This document shows positions 1 to 9,398 of a DNA stretch of 34,380 nt, piece after piece. Under the pieces are notes generated by a model, which did no database searches, was not told where the DNA came from, and saw only the letters and a list, made by a program, of their open reading frames with translations. Source of the DNA: Candidatus Parcubacteria bacterium (GTDB lineage: Bacteria > Patescibacteriota > Minisyncoccia > Phycocordibacterales > UBA918); assembly GCA_046050105.1 (NCBI GenBank), contig JBJOQE010000042.1, positions 1-34,380 of the forward strand, read 5' to 3'. The translations under genes were made by a program, and so were the position numbers. The number at the start of each line of letters is the position of its first letter. Position 1 is the first letter of the stretch.

Positions 1-1
1 C

Positions 2-334
2 GACTGCGCCAGTGGCGATGATGAAGTGTATTTTACTGATGACCGTGGACAGTTTGTGCATGTATGGCACACAACCACTGCCACAGGGTCTATCATGATG
101 GAGGTCGACACCACGGGCACTGCCAATGGAGTTGTTTTCGGGTCTGCATATGCCCTCACTGCCCCAGACTTTGATGTGGAGACTCTCTTGTTTCATGTGA
201 CCGGGTCCACTATTGGGGATACTGTACAGCCAAAGACAACCATCGTCTTGAATGGTGTAACCAATGCGGGGACTGCAGAAAGTTCATCGTTGAAACTGCA
301 ATCAACCGTGGTTCAGCGTATGCTTGATCTGTAA
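2..334 (+). CDS. 3' end of a CDS truncated by the window edge (hypothetical, Thr/Gly/Val-rich, upstream of pilin-like genes)
   Basis: The frame is open from nt 2 to the TAA at 332-334. A prepilin-type gene starts 9 nt downstream. Confidence 0.45.
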   Translation, partial: DCASGDDEVYFTDDRGQFVHVWHTTTATGSIMMEVDTTGTANGVVFGSAYALTAPDFDVETLLFHVTGSTIGDTVQPKTTIVLNGVTNAGTAESSSLKLQSTVVQRMLDL

Positions 335-343
335 TGTTGGTAT

Positions 344-913
344 ATGTCGATATCTATTAAAAAGCATACGCAACCAACCAAAGGGTTTACGCTCATCGAA
401 GCGCTAGTGGCTATTTCGGTTATGTTGCTTTCCATTGGAGGACCTATGGCGATCGCACAGAAGGGTATTCAAAATACGGTATATGCGCGTGATCAGATCG
501 TGGCGTTTTATATAGCGCAGGAAGGTGTTGAGCTTATCCGGTCCATTCGCGATGACAATGCGCTTGCGGGAGTGAACTGGCGTACTAAAATTTCAGCAGC
601 AGCATGTGTCAACGCTGCGGGGTCTGGATGTGGTATTGATGTTGATAATATGAATTTCATCGATTGCGCATGGAGTGCGGGTACAGCATGCAACTTGTAC
701 TATCGTGCAGGAGGGCTCAGCATTGGTGCGGACCGCGGTATCTATGCGCATGATACGAGTGGGCAACCGACCATTTACTCACGTTCTATTAAGGTGCTCT
801 CGGTGAGTGGTAATGAAGTCTCGGTCGATGTGACCGTCCGTTGGTTGTCGCGAGGCACGACAAAGACGATTACAGTGCAGTCGCGTATGTTTGATCAATA
901 CAATAATATATGA
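344..913 (+). CDS. Type IV pilin/pseudopilin-like protein with a prepilin N-terminal cleavage/methylation motif
   Basis: The N-terminus KG|FTLIEALVAISVMLL is the classic G/FTLIE motif followed by a hydrophobic helix. The product is 189 aa. Confidence 0.8.
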   Translation: MSISIKKHTQPTKGFTLIEALVAISVMLLSIGGPMAIAQKGIQNTVYARDQIVAFYIAQEGVELIRSIRDDNALAGVNWRTKISAAACVNAAGSGCGIDVDNMNFIDCAWSAGTACNLYYRAGGLSIGADRGIYAHDTSGQPTIYSRSIKVLSVSGNEVSVDVTVRWLSRGTTKTITVQSRMFDQYNNI

Positions 914-1452
914 TGCATACGAACACAGGAGTGCATAAGCAGCACACACCACAACGCGGGTTTGCGCTCTTGGTCGCAGTACTCATCTCTTCAGTGGTGC
1001 TTGCGGTTGGGCTGTCGATGCTGAATATCACTTTAAAACAGTATATTTTTTCTGGTACTGGGCGTGAATCAGAGATTGCATTTTATGCTGCCGATGCAGG
1101 TATGGAATGCGCGCTGTACTTCGACACCTCAACCGCAGGAGGTGTCTTTGACTTGTCGGCTACAGGAGGAAGTTTTTCATGCATGGATCAGTCGACCACA
1201 GCGCCGGCGGGCGGAACGAGCGGTGTCGCCAAGACTTTTGTTTTTGAATGGAACACCAGCGGACAGACGGTGTGTACCAAGATTGCAATTACCAAGTATT
1301 ACAGTGCGACAAACCCAGTCTCTATGGGTGCGGCAGGTACCTGTGATGCGCGTGCAACATGTACCCAAGTTGAGTCACGTGGGTATAATCGTGGCTGTAA
1401 CGGACTCAGCTCAGCGCGTGTAGTGGAGCGGGCGCTCCGTGCGAGCTATTAG
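910..1452 (+). CDS. Minor pilin-like / PilX-N-like protein
   Basis: It has the N-terminal RGFALLVAVLISSVVLAVGL hydrophobic segment. Its ATG overlaps the upstream stop (ATGA), and it carries several Cys residues in the C-terminal part. Confidence 0.6.
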   Translation: MMHTNTGVHKQHTPQRGFALLVAVLISSVVLAVGLSMLNITLKQYIFSGTGRESEIAFYAADAGMECALYFDTSTAGGVFDLSATGGSFSCMDQSTTAPAGGTSGVAKTFVFEWNTSGQTVCTKIAITKYYSATNPVSMGAAGTCDARATCTQVESRGYNRGCNGLSSARVVERALRASY

Positions 1453-1518
1453 GCTTCATGCGTGGATTACGCCTCTACACGGTCGAGAGGTGGTTTTTGC
1501 GTGATTCACCAAGCGCGA

Positions 1519-3567
<2,049 letters not shown>

Positions 3568-3654
3568 GACGTGCTCCAACGTGAGGTCAAGTATGTGTAC
3601 TACACGGCGAGTCATTTTCTAGCACAGAGCAGGGGTTAGTGATATTATGCGCGT

Positions 3655-3954
3655 ATGGATATTGCTGATATACAACACCTCGCCACCCTTTCGAGGCTGT
3701 ACCTCACTGATACAGAGCAGGCATCTTTTGCTATCGAAGCAGATGCTATCTTGGGATACATCGATCATGTTAAAGGGTTGGCACTCGGTGAGCGCGAACC
3801 AGTGCTTCCCGTACACGTAAATCCGCTTCGTGATGATGCGCGGACGCACGAACCGGGTGCATATACCGAAGCGATTGTGACCGCATTCCCCAAGCGGGCT
3901 GGACAGTATGCGCTTGTTAAAAAAATTCTGAATACGACTAATGATGCCGACTAA
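3655..3954 (+). CDS. gatC: Asp/Glu-tRNA(Asn/Gln) amidotransferase subunit C
   Basis: The 99-aa product begins IQHLATLSRLYLTD.E and lies directly upstream of gatA, overlapping it. Confidence 0.85.
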   Translation: MDIADIQHLATLSRLYLTDTEQASFAIEADAILGYIDHVKGLALGEREPVLPVHVNPLRDDARTHEPGAYTEAIVTAFPKRAGQYALVKKILNTTNDAD

Positions 3955-5359
3955 TTTCGATACTATCAAAAGTCTTCGCACGCGTTTTCTTGCAGGTGAA
4001 GACACTCCTTCTTTGGCACTTGAGCGTGCGCTTGCGGTTATAGCGTCACGTGATGTTGATGTACATGCATATCTTGAAGTGTATGATGATGCGCGTAAAG
4101 CAGCACAAGCAGCGGATCTTCTCTACAAAGAAGGGAAGACGGAAAAGCCTCTTTTAGGCATCCCCGTTGCACTCAAAAATAATATTTTAGTACAAGGTAA
4201 GCGCGCTACGGCCGCATCGAAAATGCTGGAAAATTATGTTGCAACATACGACGCAACAGTCACCACGCGCTTGCGTGAAGCTGGCGCCATCATTATTGGC
4301 GCAACAAATCTAGACGAATTTGCTATGGGTTCATCGACAGAGAACTCAGCATTCGGCGCCACCAAAAACCCACTTGATACGTCACGTGTCCCTGGAGGGT
4401 CTTCAGGCGGTTCTGCAGCGGCAGTGGCTATGGGCAGTGTGCCGGCGGCGCTCGGGACCGACACTGGCGGTTCAATTCGCCTCCCCGCATCGTTTTGTGG
4501 TCTCGTGGGGATGAAGCCAACCTATGGCCGGGTGTCGCGTAGCGGTCTCATTGCTATGGGCTCTTCTCTTGATCAGGCAGGCCCTTTTGCCCATACGGTG
4601 GAAGACGCCGAAACGGTGTTCGGCGTGATACAAGGACAAGATGTGCAGGACGCGACCACCTATGCGGATGCTGAATATCCTGAAGTTCCACAAAAAGAAA
4701 CCTATCGCATCGGTATTCCGCGCGCTTTCATGAAAGGCATCGAGCCTGATGTGATGGCAGTTTTTGACGCAGCGATTGCGCGTTTGCGCAGCGCGGGGCA
4801 CGAGATTGTTGATGTGGATTTGCCTATGATGGAAGAAGGGCTTGCTGCATATTATGTGGTGGTGAATGCAGAAATTTCTTCTAATCTTGCACGGTACGAT
4901 GGCGTGCGCTACGGCCTGCATGTCGAGGGCGCAGACTTGAAAGATGAATACGAGCGTTCACGTGGTCTGGGCTTTGGCTCGGAAGTAAAGCGTCGCATAC
5001 TGCTCGGCACCTACGTCCTTTCTTCTGGTTACTACGACGCGTACTACGGCAAAGCAGAACGTGTGCGTGTGGTGATGCGCGAGGAGTTGGCGCAAGCATT
5101 TAGCACGGTGGACGTCATCCTTACCCCTACTGCACCGATGCCTGCGTTTAAGTTGGGCGAGAAGAGCGATCCACTCTCGATGTACCTCACTGATATTTTT
5201 ACCGTACCGGCTAATCTCACCGGTGTGCCTGCTATTTCGATACCCGCAGGAACTGTTGTGCGTGACGAAGTGTCACTTCCTATTGGCATTCAGTTTATGG
5301 CGCCGCATAATGGAGAGGATAGATTGTTCGACATCGGAAAAAAGTTTGAAGCCACTTAG
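3941..5359 (+). CDS. gatA: Glu-tRNA(Gln) amidotransferase subunit A (amidase signature family)
   Basis: The 472-aa product has the amidase signature GGSSGGSAAAVA...GTDTGGSIRLPASFCG. Confidence 0.95.
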   Translation: MMPTNFDTIKSLRTRFLAGEDTPSLALERALAVIASRDVDVHAYLEVYDDARKAAQAADLLYKEGKTEKPLLGIPVALKNNILVQGKRATAASKMLENYVATYDATVTTRLREAGAIIIGATNLDEFAMGSSTENSAFGATKNPLDTSRVPGGSSGGSAAAVAMGSVPAALGTDTGGSIRLPASFCGLVGMKPTYGRVSRSGLIAMGSSLDQAGPFAHTVEDAETVFGVIQGQDVQDATTYADAEYPEVPQKETYRIGIPRAFMKGIEPDVMAVFDAAIARLRSAGHEIVDVDLPMMEEGLAAYYVVVNAEISSNLARYDGVRYGLHVEGADLKDEYERSRGLGFGSEVKRRILLGTYVLSSGYYDAYYGKAERVRVVMREELAQAFSTVDVILTPTAPMPAFKLGEKSDPLSMYLTDIFTVPANLTGVPAISIPAGTVVRDEVSLPIGIQFMAPHNGEDRLFDIGKKFEAT

Positions 5360-5371
5360 TACCTCATATTC

Positions 5372-6037
5372 ATGCCTGCAGATCATCTTACCGTCGAGTA
5401 TACGCAAGTCGGCTTTTCGTTTGACGGTGTGATGGCCGCTATTCAAGCATTGTTTGCGTTTTTTGGGTTTGGACCGGCGTATGGGACCGATGCGGGGACA
5501 GGTAATTATGACGCGATTCTCACCACGCTGTACGGCTGGTGGCAGGTGTACTCAGTATTTGCATTGATACTCTCTGCAGTGTTTCTCTACGGCATCATCT
5601 ATGCGCGCATTCGCAGCAATGAACTTGGCGCTAAGCAGCACGCGCTACTCCACGCTGAGGAGATGAAATGGAAGCAGCTTAACGTGCAGCATGAGTCGCA
5701 CGGGAAGCTTGCCCTTATTGAGGGACATGCATCGTCAGATAACCCCAACGATTGGCGCCTGGCTATCATTGAGGCGGATATTATGCTTGAGGATCTGCTT
5801 GAAGAACACCATATTCCCGGCAATACCATCGGCGAGCGACTCAAGCATATGAGTCATAGTACGCTCCATTCGCTCGACGAGGCGTGGTCGGCTCATAAAG
5901 TGCGTAACGAGATTGCGCACAAGGGCGGTGACTTTATTTTGACGAAGCGTATTGCGAACGAAACTATTGCAAAGTACAAAAAAGTCTTTGAAGAATTGGC
6001 TCACGGTGGCCATGGTACTGGCGGCGGACACCACTAA
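5372..6037 (+). CDS. Hypothetical membrane-anchored protein with a His/Gly tail
   Basis: Two hydrophobic segments are followed by a helical region containing AHKVRNEIAHKG and the C-terminus HGGHGTGGGHH. The start codon is uncertain. Confidence 0.55.
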   Translation: MPADHLTVEYTQVGFSFDGVMAAIQALFAFFGFGPAYGTDAGTGNYDAILTTLYGWWQVYSVFALILSAVFLYGIIYARIRSNELGAKQHALLHAEEMKWKQLNVQHESHGKLALIEGHASSDNPNDWRLAIIEADIMLEDLLEEHHIPGNTIGERLKHMSHSTLHSLDEAWSAHKVRNEIAHKGGDFILTKRIANETIAKYKKVFEELAHGGHGTGGGHH

Positions 6038-6186
6038 GCTAGACAGCGTACTTTTTGCGTAGTATGCTGTGCAGTACACGTTCGCGTGATAGAAGAGGGT
6101 GCAGTAGTCTCTAGGACTGGTGTCCGGGAGGTTGTCTCGAGGTCTCCTCTGTCTAGCGACGATAGTGAGCTGTAGATGACCAACAT

Positions 6187-6257
6187 AGCGGGGTAGAGGA
6201 GAGGTACCTCGGGAGGCTCATAACCTCCAGACCCCGGTTCGATTCCGGGCCCCGCAA
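6187..6257 (+). tRNA. tRNA-Met (anticodon CAT) with initiator-like features
   Basis: Hand-folded cloverleaf: agcgggg/ccccgca acceptor stem with a 1:72 A.A mismatch, an A11:T24 pair in the D stem, anticodon loop ctCATaa and T arm cccgg-ttcgatt-ccggg. The 3' segment CCCCGCAA matches the E. coli tRNA-fMet 3' end as I recall it. CCA is not encoded. Confidence 0.8.
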
Positions 6258-6265
6258 CACGCAAC

Positions 6266-6292
6266 ACAAAATCCGCCTCGGGCGGATTTTGT
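6266..6292 (+). terminator. Rho-independent terminator after tRNA-Met
   Basis: The hairpin is aaaatccgcc-tcg-ggcggatttt, followed by a T-run. Confidence 0.8.
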
Positions 6293-6319
6293 TGTAGGGA
6301 TTCTTTAGAATGCTATACT
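6292..6319 (+). promoter_or_regulatory. Putative promoter with -35 TTGTAG and extended -10 TGcTATACT
   Basis: The two elements are separated by 16 nt and lie about 90 nt upstream of the thioredoxin-like gene. Confidence 0.45.
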
Positions 6320-6331
6320 TCCTCCATATGA

Positions 6332-6411
6332 ATCCCGTTAGAAATTGCATTGCAATTTCTAGGATGCATTCGGGACATACAGACTTATTGGGATCTAATT
6401 TCTAACGGGAT
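6332..6411 (+). promoter_or_regulatory. 5' leader with three mutually complementary arms; the third arm contains the start codon
   Basis: atcccgttagaaatt (6332-6346) is the perfect reverse complement of aatttctaacgggat (6397-6411). An inner perfect palindrome, tagaaattgca-t-tgcaatttcta (6339-6361), competes for the same left arm. Confidence 0.5.
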
Positions 6412-6799
6412 GAATAAAGGAACACTTGCCATTATCGGCATCACCGTACTTGTGGTTATTGGGCTTGGCTTTGTGGTGGCAAATCGAGAAACAGTCGCAG
6501 GCGAACTCGATGGCTTCGCGCAGTGCTTAGTGGAAAAAGAGGCGACCTTCTACGGTGCCTTCTGGTGCCCGCACTGCCAGAGTCAGAAGCGCATGTTTGG
6601 AAGCTCGGCAAAGCTCCTCCCGTATGTTGAGTGCTCACTCCCTGACGGAAAGACGCGTACACCTGTTTGTATCGAGAAGGGCATAGAGTCGTATCCAACC
6701 TGGATATTTAAGGATGGCACGCGCGAAAATGGAGAAGTGCCGCTCACCACTCTTGCTGAAAAGACTGGCTGCGAACTTCCCGCGGATACCGCTTCTTAA
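6410..6799 (+). CDS. Membrane-anchored thioredoxin-fold CxxC protein (VKOR-associated Trx-like type)
   Basis: The product has an N-terminal TM helix, then FYGAFWCPHCQSQKRMFG...YVEC...YPTW. This resembles the Trx-like domain fused to bacterial VKOR homologues. I chose the ATG at 6410 over the ORF-track start at 6350. Confidence 0.75.
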   Translation: MNKGTLAIIGITVLVVIGLGFVVANRETVAGELDGFAQCLVEKEATFYGAFWCPHCQSQKRMFGSSAKLLPYVECSLPDGKTRTPVCIEKGIESYPTWIFKDGTRENGEVPLTTLAEKTGCELPADTAS

Positions 6800-6814
6800 T
6801 ATTCCTTTCTTCTT

Positions 6815-7345
6815 ATGGAAATTCTCACACTCAACTGGCTCGTTTCGGTGGGGGCAGTGCTCATGCTCGCTGCCTCAGCAGTGCTGTTTGTGGTGTTGTT
6901 TTTGCAACAGACGTACCTGGTGCGTATCGTAGTACGGTATGCCTTTCTCGCTACGTCTTTTGTGGCAATCACTGGGTTGGTGATGTCACTTGTCTATTCT
7001 GAGTACTACGGCGTAGTGCCGTGTGGACTCTGTTGGATGGAACGTGTGTTTCTCTACCCCCTCGCGTTTATACTCCCGCTTGCACTGTGGCGTCGCGATG
7101 CGAATGCGGCGCTCTATGCAATGGCACTTTCTGCCATCGGTGCTCTCATTGCGCTCTACCACCACTACATTCAAATGGGTGGGGGAAGTGTACTGCCATG
7201 CCCGGCGTCAGGTGTCTCCGACTGTGCGAAGCGATTCATCTTTGAGTTTGGCTTTATGACGTTTCCGCTCATAGCGTTCTCCTCATTTGTATTCATCTTT
7301 GTCTGTATGCTCTTTGTGTGGCGAAGACGCCACGAGAGAGTGTAG
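6815..7345 (+). CDS. Disulfide bond formation protein B family (BdbC-like)
   Basis: The motif PCGLCWMERVFLYP and a second Cys pair (LPCPASGVSDC) resemble B. subtilis BdbC. The protein has multiple TM segments. Confidence 0.85.
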   Translation: MEILTLNWLVSVGAVLMLAASAVLFVVLFLQQTYLVRIVVRYAFLATSFVAITGLVMSLVYSEYYGVVPCGLCWMERVFLYPLAFILPLALWRRDANAALYAMALSAIGALIALYHHYIQMGGGSVLPCPASGVSDCAKRFIFEFGFMTFPLIAFSSFVFIFVCMLFVWRRRHERV

Positions 7346-7420
7346 TCGGTACCTTTTTGCAAGTGAGTGTGTTATAACAATCGACGTTTATACGTTTAGA
7401 AGCAATCATCTCCTCTCCAC

Positions 7421-8104
7421 ATGCAGTGCGTTATTTTAGCCGCAGGTCTTGGAACCCGCATGCGTCCACTTACCGAGACTATGCCGAAGCCGCTCGTGCC
7501 GGTGTGCGGAAAGCCGCTCCTCCAACATATTGTCGAGGCACTTCCATCATCCGTTGACGAGCTCATCATTGTTACCGGATATAAGGGCGAGATGATAGAG
7601 GCGTATTGCGGACACGAATACCTAGGCAGAAAAGTGTCGTATGTGAAGCAAGAAGAGCAAAATGGTACTGCAAAGGCGCTCTGGCTCTGCAAAGACCTCA
7701 TCAAAGGGAGGTTCCTCCTGCTCTTTGCTGACGATATTCACGGCAAGGATGACCTGGCGCGCGCCACTTCATACACGCGCTCACTCCTGGTAACTTCCGT
7801 TGAAGAAACAAAGAAGTTCGGCATCGTAGTACGTAACCCCGACGGCACGCTCGGTCTTATGATTGAAAAGCCCGAACATGCGCCCTCTAACTGTGCGTCA
7901 ACAGGCCCTATGGTTATCGACGAACACATTTTTAAATTTCCTCCAGAAAAGGCCGTGAAAAATGAGTTCTATTTACCTGAAGTCATTGAGCGCTATGCGG
8001 CGCAATATCCTATTGCTGTCGTAGAGCAAAATTTATGGATTCCTGTCGCTACGGTTGACGATATTAAGAAGGCGGAAACCATATTGGGGTGTAATAAGAC
8101 ATAA
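7421..8104 (+). CDS. Sugar-phosphate nucleotidyltransferase (NTP_transferase fold), paralog 1
   Basis: It has the N-terminal signature MQCVILAAGLGTRMRPLT..PKPLVPV and is 227 aa long. Confidence 0.85.
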   Translation: MQCVILAAGLGTRMRPLTETMPKPLVPVCGKPLLQHIVEALPSSVDELIIVTGYKGEMIEAYCGHEYLGRKVSYVKQEEQNGTAKALWLCKDLIKGRFLLLFADDIHGKDDLARATSYTRSLLVTSVEETKKFGIVVRNPDGTLGLMIEKPEHAPSNCASTGPMVIDEHIFKFPPEKAVKNEFYLPEVIERYAAQYPIAVVEQNLWIPVATVDDIKKAETILGCNKT

Positions 8105-8111
8105 TATTTTT

Positions 8112-8792
8112 ATGCAGTGCGTTATTTTAGCGGCGGGTGAAGGGACGCGCATGCGCCCACTCACCCTGACCATGCCAAAGCCACTGGTGCCTGTGTGTGG
8201 TGTACCACTTATTACACATATCGTGCAGTCACTCCCTGAACTTATTGATGAACTTATTATCGTCATTGGTTACAAAGGAGAAATGATTGAGGAGTATTGC
8301 GGCACAGAATTTTGTGGGAAACGCGTTACGTATGTCCGGCAAGAAAACCCCAAAGCTGGTACCGCGGATGCATTTATGCGAACGCGTGAATTTGTAAAGG
8401 GGAGGGTTTTGGTGATGTATGCAGATGACATACATGGAAAAAAGGCTCTCGAGGAGGTAGTGATGAATGAATCAGCGATGCTTGCCGCACGTTCAGATAC
8501 TCCAGAGAAATTCGGGGTGCTCGTCATTCGTCCTGATGGTATGCTTGAGGCGATTGTGGAGAAACCAGAATTCCCGCCATCAAATTATGTGAATATTGGG
8601 GGCTTTGTAGTGACGGATGAAATTTTCGATATTCATACCAACCTTTCAGCGAGCGGCGAATACTACCTCACTGACACTATTACCGAGTATGCAAAAAAGC
8701 ACCCCGTTACTGTAGTCGAGCAGGATATGTGGGTCCCCGTAGGGTGCCCGGACGACATTCCGAAAGCAGAGGCCATACTGTGTCCTCGTTGA
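8112..8792 (+). CDS. Sugar-phosphate nucleotidyltransferase, tandem paralog 2
   Basis: It begins MQCVILAAGEGTRMRPLT..PKPLVPV. Its first 20 nt are identical to paralog 1. I chose the ATG at 8112 by homology to paralog 1. Confidence 0.85.
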   Translation: MQCVILAAGEGTRMRPLTLTMPKPLVPVCGVPLITHIVQSLPELIDELIIVIGYKGEMIEEYCGTEFCGKRVTYVRQENPKAGTADAFMRTREFVKGRVLVMYADDIHGKKALEEVVMNESAMLAARSDTPEKFGVLVIRPDGMLEAIVEKPEFPPSNYVNIGGFVVTDEIFDIHTNLSASGEYYLTDTITEYAKKHPVTVVEQDMWVPVGCPDDIPKAEAILCPR

Positions 8793-8851
8793 AAATAATG
8801 GTGAATATGGTATCGTTTTTGAGCTTTGTGCATCCATTCGCGTAAAGTCAT

Positions 8852-8927
8852 GTCGAGGTAGCTCAGTTGGTAGAGCACGGGACTCATAAGCCCGGGGTCG
8901 TGGGTTCAATCCCCACCCTCGACACCA
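8852..8927 (+). tRNA. tRNA with anticodon CAT (elongator Met or Ile2-lysidine type), CCA encoded
   Basis: Cloverleaf: gtcgagg/cctcgac acceptor stem, D arm gctc-agttggta-gagc, anticodon loop ctCATaa, T arm gtggg-ttcaatc-cccac and a terminal acca. Positions 31:39 form an A.G mismatch. Confidence 0.8.
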
Positions 8928-8962
8928 AGCGACAATTTGTAGCTTTTTTGCTATGATGTCGC

Positions 8963-9177
8963 TCGAGCACTTGCGGACTGAGTTTGCTATCGCAAATCGA
9001 CCGCTGCGCTCGGACGGTAGAGACAAAGCACAGTACTCGTTCGAGCACTTGCGGACTGAGTTTGCTATCGCAAACCGACCGCTGCGCTCAAGCACACACA
9101 ACGCACGATGATTGTTCGAGAGGCTGCGGACTGAATTTGCTACGCATACGCTACGCAAATCGACCGCTGCGCTCGGA
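8963..9177 (+). repeat. Three tandem copies of a 52-62 nt hairpin-forming repeat
   Basis: The copies lie at 8963-9014, 9041-9092 (nearly identical to the first) and 9116-9177 (carrying a 10-nt internal duplication). They are separated by unrelated 26- and 23-nt spacers. Confidence 0.85.
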
Positions 9178-9215
9178 CAAAGAATGAAAGCGAGCTTTCA
9201 TTCTTGTCCTCGCTT

Positions 9216-9289
9216 GCGGTCGTAGCTTAGCTGGTTAAAGCGCCGCCCTGTCACGGCGGAGACCGAGGGTTCAAGTCCCTTCGACCGCG
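9216..9289 (+). tRNA. tRNA-Asp (anticodon GTC)
   Basis: Cloverleaf: gcggtcg/cgaccgc acceptor stem, anticodon arm ccgcc-ctGTCac-ggcgg and T arm gaggg-ttcaagt-ccctt. Confidence 0.9.
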
Positions 9290-9295
9290 CAAATG

Positions 9296-9325
9296 AAAAT
9301 CCCAAAGTATACCTTTGGGATTTTT
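9296..9325 (+). terminator. Rho-independent terminator after tRNA-Asp
   Basis: The hairpin is aaaatcccaaag-tatac-ctttgggatttt, followed by a T-rich tail. Confidence 0.85.
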
Positions 9326-9328
9326 CTT

Positions 9329-9355
9329 ATTTGCGACGGACGAAGGGACTTGAAC
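9329..9355 (-). repeat. Inverted copy of the tRNA-Asp T-loop-to-3'-end segment plus trailer
   Basis: The reverse complement, gttcaagtcccttcgtccgtcgcaaat, differs from 9269-9294 (gttcaagtcccttcgaccgcgcaaat) by one substitution and one indel. Confidence 0.8.
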
Positions 9356-9398
9356 GGCGGAGCCGGTATACAAGACGACCGGAGGGAGTGCTTGAGGT

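Noticed and set aside
6038-6186. Small SRP (4.5S) RNA candidate
   Set aside because: gtccgggagg superficially resembles GUCCGGAAGG of SRP helix 8. However, the conserved GGAAGCAGC strand is absent and the putative apical loop is far off-centre in the bracketed 120 nt.
6034-6350. Minus-strand ORFs of 77 and 65 aa
   Set aside because: They cross the tRNA-Met gene and its terminator. The GIEPG string is the translated T arm.
8646-9158. 170-aa minus-strand ORF with repeated RSGRFAIANSVRKCS segments
   Set aside because: It runs antisense through the end of the nucleotidyltransferase gene, the tRNA(CAT) gene and the three tandem repeats. Its internal protein repeats are simply the DNA repeats translated.
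8963-9177. Possible mini-CRISPR array
   Set aside because: The repeats (52-62 nt) are longer than the spacers (23-26 nt). There are only three units, the third is degenerate, and no cas genes are present. The units resemble tRNA-Asp fragments instead.
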